A stretch of 64,000 bases of DNA from Carpediemonas membranifera BICM (Eukaryota > Protista > Fornicata): NCBI GenBank assembly GCA_019828565.1, contig JAHDYR010000032.1:1-64000 (forward strand), in the 5' to 3' direction. Within the stretch, counting starts at the first letter, position 1. Every line of letters starts with the position of its first letter. Of this stretch, positions 53,701-64,000 are shown one piece after another. The position numbers and the translations under genes are program-made. Under the pieces are notes generated by a model, which was not told the DNA's origin, ran no database searches, and saw only the letters and a list, made by a program, of their open reading frames with translations.

Positions 53701-56228
53701 TCACCTATATCCTCAACGCGACACCCAACACTCGCAGCAAATTGTCCCCACTGAAGCTTTTTGTTTAACGCGAACTTCACACCGGTGGATCCTACAACGC
53801 TCGCTAGTGAGCCGCACATTGCCGCGCAGATTGAACAATTCCGCGCCGACATCAACAATTGGGCGCAAATACAGGAGGAAATGCTCGTAGCCCAGCAAGA
53901 AAGACGTCCGAAGAGTGGTCAGAGCTTCCAAGCCGACGACTATGTCCTCTTATGGCCAACCAGCAAGCCTTCCAAGCTCGATCGCCGTGTGAGAGGCCCA
54001 TTGCTGGTTGTGGGGGCGGGAACTATCCGTAATACGTATGAACTACAAGACTTGGTGTCCCTAGCCACCTTCACCGTCCACGCGGACCGCCTGACGCCAT
54101 TCTACACCAAGCTCACACGAGATGAAGTCACGGAGTACGCCACGCGGCAGACCGGCGAATACCTAGTTGAAGCCATCGTTGACCATCACTTAGACAACGA
54201 TAATCGTCTGTTTCTCACCATCAAATGGCTCAACTACGAGCCGGAAGAGTCCACAGATGAGCCCTTCTCCCGAGAGCTAGATCAGCTTGAAGCCCTCGAC
54301 CGTTATGTCGGGTCACATCCAGAGGTCATACCCCTCCTAGCGCGTGCCCGCCGGGCATGGGGGCGGAGCAAGTCGCAGCGCCCTCGGCACTAAGCTGCAC
54401 ACAAAGGCCTCGAGAGGCATTTCTCCCAAACTGCTTCATTCCACGCCGACAAGCCAGTTATCTTCAGAGTTACGGCAGAATCTTCACAGACTTACCGTAT
54501 CATTCTCATCACGCTGAGCTTTCCTTTATCCCACCAACTTTTGGTTGATACAACCGCCCCGTTGCTGCATATAGGCAGATACACAAGGATTGATCTCCTT
54601 TATAGATATGATGCCTATTCCACAAGTTCCAGCGTGATCGGCGACATCAAGTTGCTGACGGCAACTTTTCGTTCCGACGAGAACTCCGCCCACGCACGTT
54701 GATCATAGCCGGTACTACGCCAACGCATTCCCCCAGGGCGGCCAACGAACTGAGCCCACTTTCAGTTTTTCGCCAACTTCATCCCTTCATACGTTCGTTC
54801 AGCGATGACTCGAACTTAGAGTCGTGCACTTTAAGGGTTGGATCAAAGTTCTGACTATCCAGACGCAGATGATGCCTACCAACATCATGGGGGTAGTGTA
54901 GACCTTCGGGTCGATTAGTTTTATCCAATTTTGTGTCCCGGGTCAAACCCTATAAATCCTCTCTCTCCTCTCATCGCTACAGTTAGATGCACTGTGGCAG
55001 AAGCCGAGTGACAACGGCTGGGGCTTCAGGCACCCACTCGACCACTGGGTGGCAGCATACCTTGGCGCCAGGAGTGATCTCATACGCATGGGCGGCCCTG
55101 GATACACCCCTGTCTGCGACACAGTCCCGCCCATCCCCCACATGGCAGGCTCGGACCCGGAACTCATGATGCCTAAGGCGGACCGGCCGCAGTGCGTTTT
55201 CTCCGAGCACATATACCGCGCCCGTCACAGGACGTCGAGGATTCCGTACGGCGAACTGCTGGCGGCCTGCCTCAACACGGCGGTAGACGACCAGTACGCG
55301 ACAGCACGACCGGTGATAGCAGCCTATAGGGCGGTCCTCGGGGTTGGCATGATCTCGGGGCTCCCCAGCCCAGTGGCACGGCGCCTCCAGGACGGGAACA
55401 CGGCACTCTTCTGCCCCTTCTGCGGCAAAGGTGTAACTAGAGGCACGTGGGAAGACCATGCCATGCTCTGTAGCGCGAAGCGCTGGTTCCCTCAGCGGAA
55501 GAGGAACCTTTTGCACCGCCACGACTTGGTGAAACACGGAATCGTACAGCTGCTTAGCACGACCTCGACAGAGGTCCTTCATGAGGAACCCCTTGATGAT
55601 GGGCTCCTAAAGGACGAGAAGTACCGAGCAAAGGTTGCTGTAGCGATGAGAGGAGAGAGAGAGGATTTATAGGGTTTGACCCGGGACACAAAATTGGATA
55701 AAACTAATCGACCCGAAGGTCTACACTACCCCCATGATGTTGGTAGGCATCATCTGCGTCTGGATAGTCAGAACTTTGATCCAACCCTTAAAGTGCACGA
55801 CTCTAAGTTCGAGTCATCGCTGAACGAACGTATGAAGGGATGAAGTTGGCGAAAAACTGAAAGTGGGCTCAGTTCGTTGGCCGCCCTGGGGGAATGCGTT
55901 GGCGTAGTACCGGCTATGATCAACGTGCGTGGGCGGAGTTCTCGTCGGAACGAAAAGTTGCCGTCAGCAACTTGATGTCGCCGATCACGCTGGAACTTGT
56001 GGAATAGGCATCATATCTATAAAGGAGATCAATCCTTGTGTATCTGCCTATATGCAGCAACGGGGCGGTTGTATCAACCAAAAGTTGGTGGGATAAAGGA
56101 AAGCTCAGCGTGATGAGAATGATACGGTAAGTCTGTGAAGATTCTGCCGTAACTCTGAAGATAACTGGCTTGTCGGCGTGGAATGAAGCAGTTTGGGAGA
56201 AATGCCTCTCGAGGCCTTTGTGTGCAGC

Positions 56229-59081
56229 TTAGTGCCGAGGGCGCTGCGACTTGCTCCGCCCCCATGCCCGGCGGGCACGCGCTAGGAGGAGTATGACCTC
56301 TGGATGTGACCCGACATAACGGTCGAGGGCTTCAAGCTGATCTAGCTCTCGGGAGAAGGGCTCATCTGTGGACTCTTCCGGCTCGTAGTTGAGCCATTTG
56401 ATGGTGAGAAACAGACGATTATCGTTGTCTAAGTGATGGTCAACGATGGCTTCAACTAGGTATTCGCCGGTCTGCCGCGTGGCGTACTCCGTGACTTCAT
56501 CTCGTGTGAGCTTGGTGTAGAATGGCGTCAGGCGGTCCGCGTGGACGGTGAAGGTGGCTAGGGACACCAAGTCTTGTAGTTCATACGTATTACGGATAGT
56601 TCCCGCCCCCACAACCAGCAATGGGCCTCTCACACGGCGATCGAGCTTGGAAGGCTTGCTGGTTGGCCATAAGAGGACATAGTCGTCGGCTTGGAAGCTC
56701 TGACCACTCTTCGGACGTCTTTCTTGCTGGGCTACGAGCATTTCCTCCTGTATTTGCGCCCAATTGTTGATGTCGGCGCGGAATTGTTCAATCTGCGCGG
56801 CAATGTGCGGCTCACTAGCGAGCGTTGTAGGATCCACCGGTGTGAAGTTCGCGTTAAACAAAAGCTTCAGTGGGGACAATTTGCTGCGAGTGTTGGGTGT
56901 CGCGTTGAGGATATAGGTGACGGCCGGGATTAGGCTGGGCCACTCCGTCTTGTCTTGCCGGTTGTCGAAAAGCAGTGACCTCATATACTTAATGATCTCC
57001 GCGTTCTGGCGTTCCACCATGCCGTTGGCGGCTGGGTGGTAGGGCGGGGAGAAGCGGTGGGATAAGTCGAGACGTTCGTGGAGCTCGGCGATGGCCTGGG
57101 CTGTGAATTGAGTGGCGTTATCGGACTGTATCTCCTTAGGTCTGCCGAAATTGGCGGACCAATCGCGGATGGCAGCGGCAGCGGCGCTCGCCGAGCAAGT
57201 CACTGTGGGGTAAAGCTTAGTATACTTGCTGAAAGTGTCCACAAGGACTAGGAGATATCTCTCGCCGGTGTCGGCAACAGGGAGAGGGCCGAGCGTGTCT
57301 ATCTGAATCCGCTCGAATGGAGCACTGGCGGCGGTGCGTCCCATGGATGTCTGTGCGGGCTTCGTAGGCCTTGTCAGCTGGCAGGTAGGGCAGGTGGAGA
57401 TGACACGTCGAGTGTCGGCTACCATGCCTTTCCAAGTGTGGCCTGCCTCTCGGAGGTGCTCTACAACGGCCCTATATCCGACATGGCCTCCACGTCGGCC
57501 GTGGAAATGCATAATTAGCTCCTCCCGTTCGGAGGGAAGTAGCGTGACAGATAGAAGGCGACTAAGTGCGTCGGCGGCGCCGTTGTCGGCGCCGGCCACA
57601 TGCACAATGTCGAAGTCGTATGTCTGAAGCTGCAGGCGCCACCTCTGGACCTTGGGTGCTGTGGCGGTGGCCATAAAGACCAGATTACGGTGGTCGGTAT
57701 GCAGTGTGAAGTGGCGACCCCTGAGAAAGTGTTGTGCCTGAGCAATCGCTGATATAATAGCGAAACCTTCTTGTTCATAGGTAGACCACCTACGTTGGAC
57801 GGGGGTCAGAGTCTTGGAAAAATAGGAGACGACTTTCATCTCCGAGCCGGTCCCGGTAGTGAGCACCGCACCTATGCCTATGTCGCTGGCATCAGTAAAC
57901 AGGTGAAGGGGCTGGTTTGGTTTCGGGTGGGCCAGGACCATGTTATCCAGGAGGGTCTCCTTGATCCGCTCGAGGGCTTGCTGTTGGGGGGCCTCCCAGC
58001 GCCACGCGACGCCGGATCGCGTTAGTGCTAGGATCGGCTCAGCTGTCACAGCGAAGCTCGGTATCATCGGGCGGAAATAGTTGACGAGACCTAAGAGGCT
58101 GCGTACCTCAGAGATGTTTGAGGGGGCCTTGAGCGTGCGGATGGGTTCGAGACGATCGGTCGAGATGGATTTCCCTTCCGCGGAGACATGCCATCCGAGA
58201 TAGTCGATGCTTCGGGCTGCGAGGATGGTCTTCTTGGCGTTGATCCGAAGGTTGGCGGCGTCGAGCCGTTCTAACACATCCCTCAGATTGCTGATGAACT
58301 CATCTTGGTCGTTACCGAAGACAACGATGTCATCAATGTAGACCAGCGCTCTTATGTAGAGAGCGGGACCCAGGGCTTCCTCTAGGCATCTCTGGCAATG
58401 TATTGCGGCGTTCCGGAGGCCGAAAGGCATCCGTAAGTACTCGTATTTCTTCCCGGCAGCAACAAATGCAGTAATGGTTCTTGCTGTATCAGTGAGTGGG
58501 ATTTGAAGGAAGGCCTTGGACAAGTCTATTGCAGCGAAAAACTGCTTTCCTTCCAGGGTTCCCACGAGGTCATCAATGATAGGCAGGGGGTGCTCGTCAG
58601 GTCGGGTAATCTCGTTGACCCGGCGGAAGTCAAGGCACAGTCTTATTGTCCCGTCACGCTTGGTGACGGCAACGATTGGGGAGTTGAACTGCGACTCTGA
58701 GGGTTGAATGATTCCAGTTGCCTCCTGCTCCTCAGTCTGCCGGCGAATTTCTTCGAGGACAGCGGCTGAGTAGCGGTATGGTGGGCAGTTGGTGGTCATT
58801 CCTTCCTCGAGGACAATGTCGAAGGGTGTGACCTTGGCTGGCGTGGCTGTCAGACCGCCGAACAGCTCAGGAAAGCGCCTTTGAAGGGCCTCGACTTCTG
58901 AAGCTAGCTCGGGCACCAGGCACTGGGGCTCCTGGTTATCGTCGGTCTCTATGACGTTGAGGTCCACGTCCACCTCGCTGTCAGTGTCAGAAACGTCTGG
59001 TTCGCCCATATCAAAGCGAACGACGCCTAGCTCGTTAAGAAGTGGATAGCCAAGTACAAGTGGATGGGATAGCTGATCCAA
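56229..59081 (-). CDS. Family C Pol (end of protease, RT, RNase H, integrase, chromodomain)
   Basis: 950-aa ORF with YIDD, TDASD, CPTC, SDNA and YLVEAIVDH..IKWLNY. Confidence 0.95.
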   Translation of the reverse strand: MDQLSHPLVLGYPLLNELGVVRFDMGEPDVSDTDSEVDVDLNVIETDDNQEPQCLVPELASEVEALQRRFPELFGGLTATPAKVTPFDIVLEEGMTTNCPPYRYSAAVLEEIRRQTEEQEATGIIQPSESQFNSPIVAVTKRDGTIRLCLDFRRVNEITRPDEHPLPIIDDLVGTLEGKQFFAAIDLSKAFLQIPLTDTARTITAFVAAGKKYEYLRMPFGLRNAAIHCQRCLEEALGPALYIRALVYIDDIVVFGNDQDEFISNLRDVLERLDAANLRINAKKTILAARSIDYLGWHVSAEGKSISTDRLEPIRTLKAPSNISEVRSLLGLVNYFRPMIPSFAVTAEPILALTRSGVAWRWEAPQQQALERIKETLLDNMVLAHPKPNQPLHLFTDASDIGIGAVLTTGTGSEMKVVSYFSKTLTPVQRRWSTYEQEGFAIISAIAQAQHFLRGRHFTLHTDHRNLVFMATATAPKVQRWRLQLQTYDFDIVHVAGADNGAADALSRLLSVTLLPSEREELIMHFHGRRGGHVGYRAVVEHLREAGHTWKGMVADTRRVISTCPTCQLTRPTKPAQTSMGRTAASAPFERIQIDTLGPLPVADTGERYLLVLVDTFSKYTKLYPTVTCSASAAAAAIRDWSANFGRPKEIQSDNATQFTAQAIAELHERLDLSHRFSPPYHPAANGMVERQNAEIIKYMRSLLFDNRQDKTEWPSLIPAVTYILNATPNTRSKLSPLKLLFNANFTPVDPTTLASEPHIAAQIEQFRADINNWAQIQEEMLVAQQERRPKSGQSFQADDYVLLWPTSKPSKLDRRVRGPLLVVGAGTIRNTYELQDLVSLATFTVHADRLTPFYTKLTRDEVTEYATRQTGEYLVEAIVDHHLDNDNRLFLTIKWLNYEPEESTDEPFSRELDQLEALDRYVGSHPEVILLLARARRAWGRSKSQRPRH

Positions 59082-59083
59082 AA

Positions 59084-60199
59084 CTAGGAGGGGGCCAACG
59101 CCGTGAGTTGGCGCCCCGATGTCTTACAAACTCCAAGGTCGAGCTCCAGTATGGCTTCCTGTGCGGCTTTCATTATTTGGCCACTGCCAAACTGGACCTT
59201 GCGAGTCGTGGGCCGTACCGAGATTGGTTTGAGCTGCTCCAGGAGCTCGCGGCTAATAAAATTCGCTGTGGCGCCTGTGTCAAATAGCGCGCGGACACAG
59301 GGCATCCCTGGGGTCGACACCGAGAATACGGCCTGCGGTGTCACTCTCTCTGGACCAGGCAAGGGATCTATCGTCAACAGCTCAAAATAGGATGCCCGTT
59401 TATTACGGGGCTTCTTGTCACGCTTAGCGAAACAGTGGTCTATGTCATGGCCGACCTTGCCGCAGAAGGAACACGTAGGGCGCGGAGCCGCGGAGTGGGC
59501 GTTGGGGCCCGGGCGTTCAGCGGCGCGTAGGCGGTCCCCCTCGCGGGTGACCTGTTCCACGTGCCGAGCCTGCTCTATGGCGGCGCGGAAAGTGGCGTCT
59601 AGGTCCCGGCGATCCTGGTAGGTTAAGACGCGATCGCGGAGGCGCTCCGGCTGGATGTGCTGCACGAAACAGCGGACGAGTTGCTTGATTGAAGGGCGAA
59701 CATCGCCGCAGTTCTCAAGCTGCGTCTGATATGCATGGACGTAACGGAGAACGTTGTCCTGAAGGGGACCACGAGAGTGGCAGGTAATCCGCTCGAAGCG
59801 GTCAAGGGCTTCTCTGCGGTCGATGGGCTGGAAGAGAACGTTGATGCGGCGTAGGATGCGCGAGGATTCGGCGTCCTCGGGGAAAACGGGAAGAGGATCA
59901 GGAATAGGTGCTTCGTCCTCGGTGTCATCATCCGTGGCGTCTTCGAAGTCTTCGTCGCTCTCATCGTCCTCCTCAGCAACAAGGGCGTTGCGAGCGGGAT
60001 CAGGAAGGGATTCTTTGAGAGCGGGGTCACGGAGAGCGAAGATTTGCCATACCGTACGGCCAATCAAGTGCTTAATAGGAATAGCACCGCCTTTGGCACG
60101 GTACGCGTAATAGTTCTCGCGGAATTCCTCCCACTCTTTCTGAGTAGTCTTGGTGAGGAAGGGGGCCATAAACAGGTCAATTGACTGGAGCTGATTCAT
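59084..60199 (-). CDS. Family C Gag plus N-terminal part of protease
   Basis: CSFCGKVGHDIDHC knuckle and LFDTGA; pol follows in the -1 frame. Confidence 0.93.
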   Translation of the reverse strand: MNQLQSIDLFMAPFLTKTTQKEWEEFRENYYAYRAKGGAIPIKHLIGRTVWQIFALRDPALKESLPDPARNALVAEEDDESDEDFEDATDDDTEDEAPIPDPLPVFPEDAESSRILRRINVLFQPIDRREALDRFERITCHSRGPLQDNVLRYVHAYQTQLENCGDVRPSIKQLVRCFVQHIQPERLRDRVLTYQDRRDLDATFRAAIEQARHVEQVTREGDRLRAAERPGPNAHSAAPRPTCSFCGKVGHDIDHCFAKRDKKPRNKRASYFELLTIDPLPGPERVTPQAVFSVSTPGMPCVRALFDTGATANFISRELLEQLKPISVRPTTRKVQFGSGQIMKAAQEAILELDLGVCKTSGRQLTALAPS

Positions 60200-60924
60200 C
60201 TTACTAGGTACCAGTAATTACTGTAGCGATGAGAGGAGAGAGAGAGGATTTATAGGGTTTGACCCGGGACACAAAATTGGATAAAACTAATCGACCCGAA
60301 GGTCTACAGTTGCATACGACGAAATGGAACGCCTGCAGAAAGCAAACAGGCCTATTCCGCAAGCAATCGCTGATCAGGCAAGTAAGATCACGCAGGCACG
60401 CGCAGATATCCTGATTAATGAGCCTCTGCTCCGGAACGGCCGTCCTCTAGTGATTGAGGTCACAGTCGGCAAGTCTGACTCGGACTCATTCATCCAGAAG
60501 AAGAAGGACCAGTACGCCGACTACAATGTTGACGTCATCGTCGTCGCACTCACTCCAACCGGCAGCCACATCGAGTCAGCCGCCAGGAGTCTGGTTGAAA
60601 TCGGACAGGAAATCTGCACGATCACTGGCGCAGAATGCTTTACTGACCGCCGAGCTCGGTCGGTTCTCGCGATCGCACTGATGGGCTGGCTACTGAAGAA
60701 GTCATTCGAGCTCCGCAAGGCACACCGCCTGCTCCATCTGGCCACGTCCGTGATCAATCCTCCACATCTCCCCCCACCCCCTCCCACCGCCGCCATCCAG
60801 CGGAGTCAGCGTGGAGGCGCTTCGGCGCCCCGCAATGGCTGAATAATGGTATGTACATGTTTACATACAATCGAGTAAATTCGTAAATTCATAAATGGAG
60901 TCGTGTTATAAGTGATCGCTCGAG

Positions 60925-61549
60925 ATGGCAAGAAACGCGGAAAAGGCGCGGAATGTGCTCAATAGATGGGTTGCAATGCAGCATTCTGATGCACTTGGGA
61001 CGGGAGGAGCAGTTCTTCGTCCCAAACACTCTTCTGATTGCCACAGTGCAGCTGCTGCCGAGAAGTGGCGCAACGAAGTCCTTAATGACCTACACATGAA
61101 GATCAGAGCCATTGATAACGGTTTGTATCCCTTCACCCTATTCCTCACCCAGTTAACCTTGGCGAGCATCGTGCCCGCGAGCTCAACGATGAAATCAACC
61201 GCCTCGTCCGCGAACGCCACGTGTTGGAGATGCGATGCCTCGAGCTCGGTGGCCCAGACTTCCGCCGGGCCCACACGGTCGTCGATGATGCCATGCCGCT
61301 CGGAACGAAGGGGGTTGCCAGTACTATGGCCGCGCAAAGGACCTGCCCGGCGTTAAGGAGATGTTCCAACCCCTTGGTATGTTTACATGACTTATGAGAT
61401 TCTTATTTTGTGGAGCAACAGAAGAAAATGAGGACGCGCGACGATTTGGCCAAGATCGCCGGGCCGAGTACTTCGGCATGTTGTTCGAGGACGAAGCGGT
61501 GCTGGCAGCGGAGAAGGCAGCAGAGATGCAGGCGCGCGGACTTGTGTAA
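60925..61549 (+). CDS. ISY1: Pre-mRNA splicing factor ISY1; intron 61121-61152, a second intron from ~61377, and two apparent indels
   Basis: MARNAEKARNVLNRW, RELNDEINRL, LGGPDF, YYGRAKDLPGVKEMF. Confidence 0.9.
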
Positions 61550-61763
61550 CAGTGTTCAGCATGGCTCTCTCTTCACCACTCTCTTCATCACGGGACCATT
61601 GTTGCCGGCAGTAACATGCCATGCTGGAACTGTGCCGGGCTTGATGGTCTGTGCGGTAGTATGAGACGTATGTCGTAGGCCCCAACGTTCTCGCAGACTA
61701 CATGGCATGATATGTATACGTATAAAGCGCGTCATCTCTACGACAACCACGATCAATATTACG

Positions 61764-62706
61764 ATGGAGGTCTCTGTGCACCCTATTGTGCTTCTATCCA
61801 TTGTAGATCACTATAACAGAATAGCTAGTCAGACGAATAAGCGCGTTGTAGGCGCCCTTCTCGGAGAAAAGGTCGGGAACAAGCTGGAGGTCACCAATTG
61901 CTATGCTAGTACGTTCCCATGCACTTATCCATCACGCAGTCCCCTATGACGAGGACCCCGAGGACAACCAGATCTGGTTCCTCGACGACCTCTTCCACCG
62001 GGAGATGCTGCAGCTCTTCCACCGCGTATCGTCCCGCGAGCACTTCATCGGGTGGTACAGCACGGGCAGCTCGCTCTTGGGACATGATATGCGCATCCAT
62101 GACCTCTTCACGCACGATGCGAGCGACCCCCTCTACCTCCTGGTCGACATCCAGAGCGGCTCGCCGTTCCTGCCCCTCTCGGCCTACGTCTGCCGCAACA
62201 ACGACGGTGAGAAGGTGTTCAAGCACGTCAACTACAACATAGGCTACCTCGAGGCCGAGGCCATCGGCGTGGAGCATCTTCTGCGAGACATCCTCCAGTT
62301 CAAGCACCTTCCCATGGCCGCACAGGTCGAGAAGAAGGTGTCCGCACTCGCCGCGTTCAAGCGGTGCATGCATGAGGTGCTGGAATACATGAATCTCGTC
62401 GTGGAGGGCAAGCTGCCACTCAATCAACAGATTAACATGTTGATCCAGGAGATCTTCTGCATCCTGCCCAACAGCGAGGATAAGCAGCTCATCGCAGCCG
62501 TGAACGAGCGGATGAATGACTTCTACCTCTCGCTCTTCATCTCGTCGCTCGTGAGATCAGTCACCGCGTGCCACCGTTTGATTGACAATTTGATCGAATA
62601 TCACGAGGACGGCAAGGTCATTGAGCACGAGAAGCCCAAGGCCGTCGTCCTGGCGGAGGGCGAGGGCGAGGTGCCCCACGTGGGAACGACGGCGGAGAGC
62701 GCCTGA
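61764..62706 (+). CDS. RPN8: 26S proteasome subunit RPN8/PSMD7, intron 61909-61939
   Basis: [48 protein letters not shown]. Confidence 0.95.
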
Positions 62707-62984
62707 TGAGTGCTGGATGAATGTAAATTGATCCTGCTAGCACTGGAACTCCGCTTGTAACCGTATCTTCGTGTTCAGATGACCTGGAAAATAATTTTGA
62801 GACCGGTGACTGTGAGGAGTCGACTCCGGCAAGGAGGGTGTCTTGGGCAGTCATGGTCCGCGTGCGACGGCCCAAAGCCTGTGTACTGGGAAGCGAGGGG
62901 GACTATCACGGCGGCGATTCCCACCACTACTGGGGTGTCAACTGTGGCGGGTTTGCCCGGACAACGGACGGAGCACGTATTTGA

Positions 62985-64000
62985 ATGAGCGATGACGGCC
63001 AAACATGCCCGGCATGCCAGAATAAGCTTGAGAAACCAATGATACTGACTTGCGGACATGTATTCTGCAAGCGATGTCTCCGCGCGGCAATGCGTCGTGT
63101 TTCGGGTGATTCCTCCGTCCCCAAATGCCCGCTGTGCAGGACACCCATCACAATCAAGCCCATTCCCATCGACGGCTTCGTAGACAAGGTTCTAGCTGCC
63201 GCTGTGCCGCCCAAGCCCGAGCCCGAGCCTGAGGCTCGCTCGAGAACGGCTTCCCTGGATGTGATCGAGCTAGACCTCGAGGACCTTCTTAGACCGCCAG
63301 TCCGCCCGAAGGAGTCCAAGCATCGTGTGCCCGAGAAGCACATTGGCGCAGTGGGTGGCACGCTCGACACGATGACGGCATGGAAGGCGCGGCTGGACCG
63401 GCATGGAATCAAGATGAGCTGGATCACACCAACAGGCAAGGACGCTGCCCAGCGCGCCCATGTACGTGCGTTCTTTGGGCACTACCGAGACCTGCACAAC
63501 GCGGAGATCGACGCGTGTGAACACGCGGCCAGGACACCTATTCGGACGCTCGTGCGGCAGGCATGGTCAAAGACGGTCAACGGGGGCCGCCAGACGACGT
63601 GGAAGTCGAACCCCCAGTCCCCCGAGGCCGCTACGTCTGCAGCAGCGTCTGCTGCGGTCACACCCGCCGCACAGCCTGCACGCCATGACATGGCACTGAG
63701 CGAGGGCACAGCGCCCCTAACCGCGGATGACCTGGGGGCGTACGGCCGGCTCGCCCGCCGTGCACTGCGGCGCCAGACCGAAGCAAGGATCCGATCAGAG
63801 ATGCGGACCGGATTTGACCGACTCCTCGCAAGTCAGGCGGATGCCGGCATGTGTGCCGCGTGTGTCAGCCGTCTGCGGGATCTGGTGTCGAACGGCGGGA
63901 TCCTCGACCGCGCGGTGAAGGCGGCCACGGCCGTTGGTGACTTCGCCCAGCACGAGGCGAGCCAGCGGGCTGACGAAGAGACTCGGGACAGGGCAGTCGA
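62985..64000 (+). CDS. RING-HC E3 ligase, RAD18-like; open to the window end (absent from the ORF track)
   Basis: CPAC..LTCGHVFCKRC..CPLCR, then a SAP-like segment followed by LHNAEID, resembling the RAD18 YNA.CD region. Confidence 0.65.
   Translation, partial: MSDDGQTCPACQNKLEKPMILTCGHVFCKRCLRAAMRRVSGDSSVPKCPLCRTPITIKPIPIDGFVDKVLAAAVPPKPEPEPEARSRTASLDVIELDLEDLLRPPVRPKESKHRVPEKHIGAVGGTLDTMTAWKARLDRHGIKMSWITPTGKDAAQRAHVRAFFGHYRDLHNAEIDACEHAARTPIRTLVRQAWSKTVNGGRQTTWKSNPQSPEAATSAAASAAVTPAAQPARHDMALSEGTAPLTADDLGAYGRLARRALRRQTEARIRSEMRTGFDRLLASQADAGMCAACVSRLRDLVSNGGILDRAVKAATAVGDFAQHEASQRADEETRDRAV

Larger units (their letters stand above)
35462..54981 (+). mobile_element. Chromovirus family C copy 1, interrupted by family B (in gag) and by the TIR element (in RT)
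   Basis: Identical 85-bp LTRs 35462-35546 and 54897-54981; TSD GTTAG (35457-35461, 54982-54986); pieces match copy 2. Confidence 0.96.
55639..60308 (-). mobile_element. Uninterrupted chromovirus family C copy 2
   Basis: Identical 87-bp LTRs 55639-55725 and 60222-60308; TSD GTTGC (55634-55638, 60309-60313). Confidence 0.97.
31518..60896 (+). mobile_element. CRE-like non-LTR retrotransposon with restriction-like endonuclease, in three pieces: ~31518-35461, 54987-55638, 60314-60896
   Basis: RT (PKPNGSLRPIGV, GTIQGDALGPLLF, AYLDD), CPFC..H..C finger, RHD, RADI..IEVTV..KKKDQY. Removing both family C insertions and one TSD copy each restores a continuous frame. The 5' end is uncertain. Confidence 0.88.

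Noticed and set aside
54394-54896. Antisense accessory gene in the family C 3' region
   Set aside because: Only short stop-interrupted frames; no similarity to the A/B accessory protein.

Overview
Eukaryotic DNA from a gene-dense flagellated protist with 28-32 nt spliceosomal introns and the standard genetic code. A free-living fornicate such as Carpediemonas would fit, but this cannot be proven from the window. About 12 co-oriented + strand host genes lie at ~20.9-31.1 kb and 60.9-64 kb: PQ-loop protein, NOT2, CDF transporter, RPN1, SPAG8-like, rolling-stone-like, TMEM53, ISY1, RPN8, RAD18-like and two hypotheticals. Two transposon nests separate them. Nest 1 (1-18.1 kb) holds gypsy fragments, chromovirus A, a degraded SET-domain gene and a 5,254-bp tandem duplication carrying chromovirus D. 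Nest 2 (31.5-60.9 kb) is a CRE-like RLE non-LTR retrotransposon hit twice by chromovirus C. One C copy was then hit by chromovirus B and by an 8.7-kb TIR element with a 2-bp TSD. Main findings: (1) families A and B carry a homologous antisense accessory gene ending in a chromo/chromoshadow-like domain; (2) all four chromovirus families have tiny 84-108 bp LTRs and a 10-12 bp palindrome where the tRNA primer-binding site should be; (3) the TIR element has no recognisable transposase but carries an OTU-like gene, repeat arrays and several long hairpins, one of which recurs with covariation 32 kb away and looks like a pre-miRNA. Many frameshifts sit in homopolymers, including in ISY1, and are probably assembly errors.
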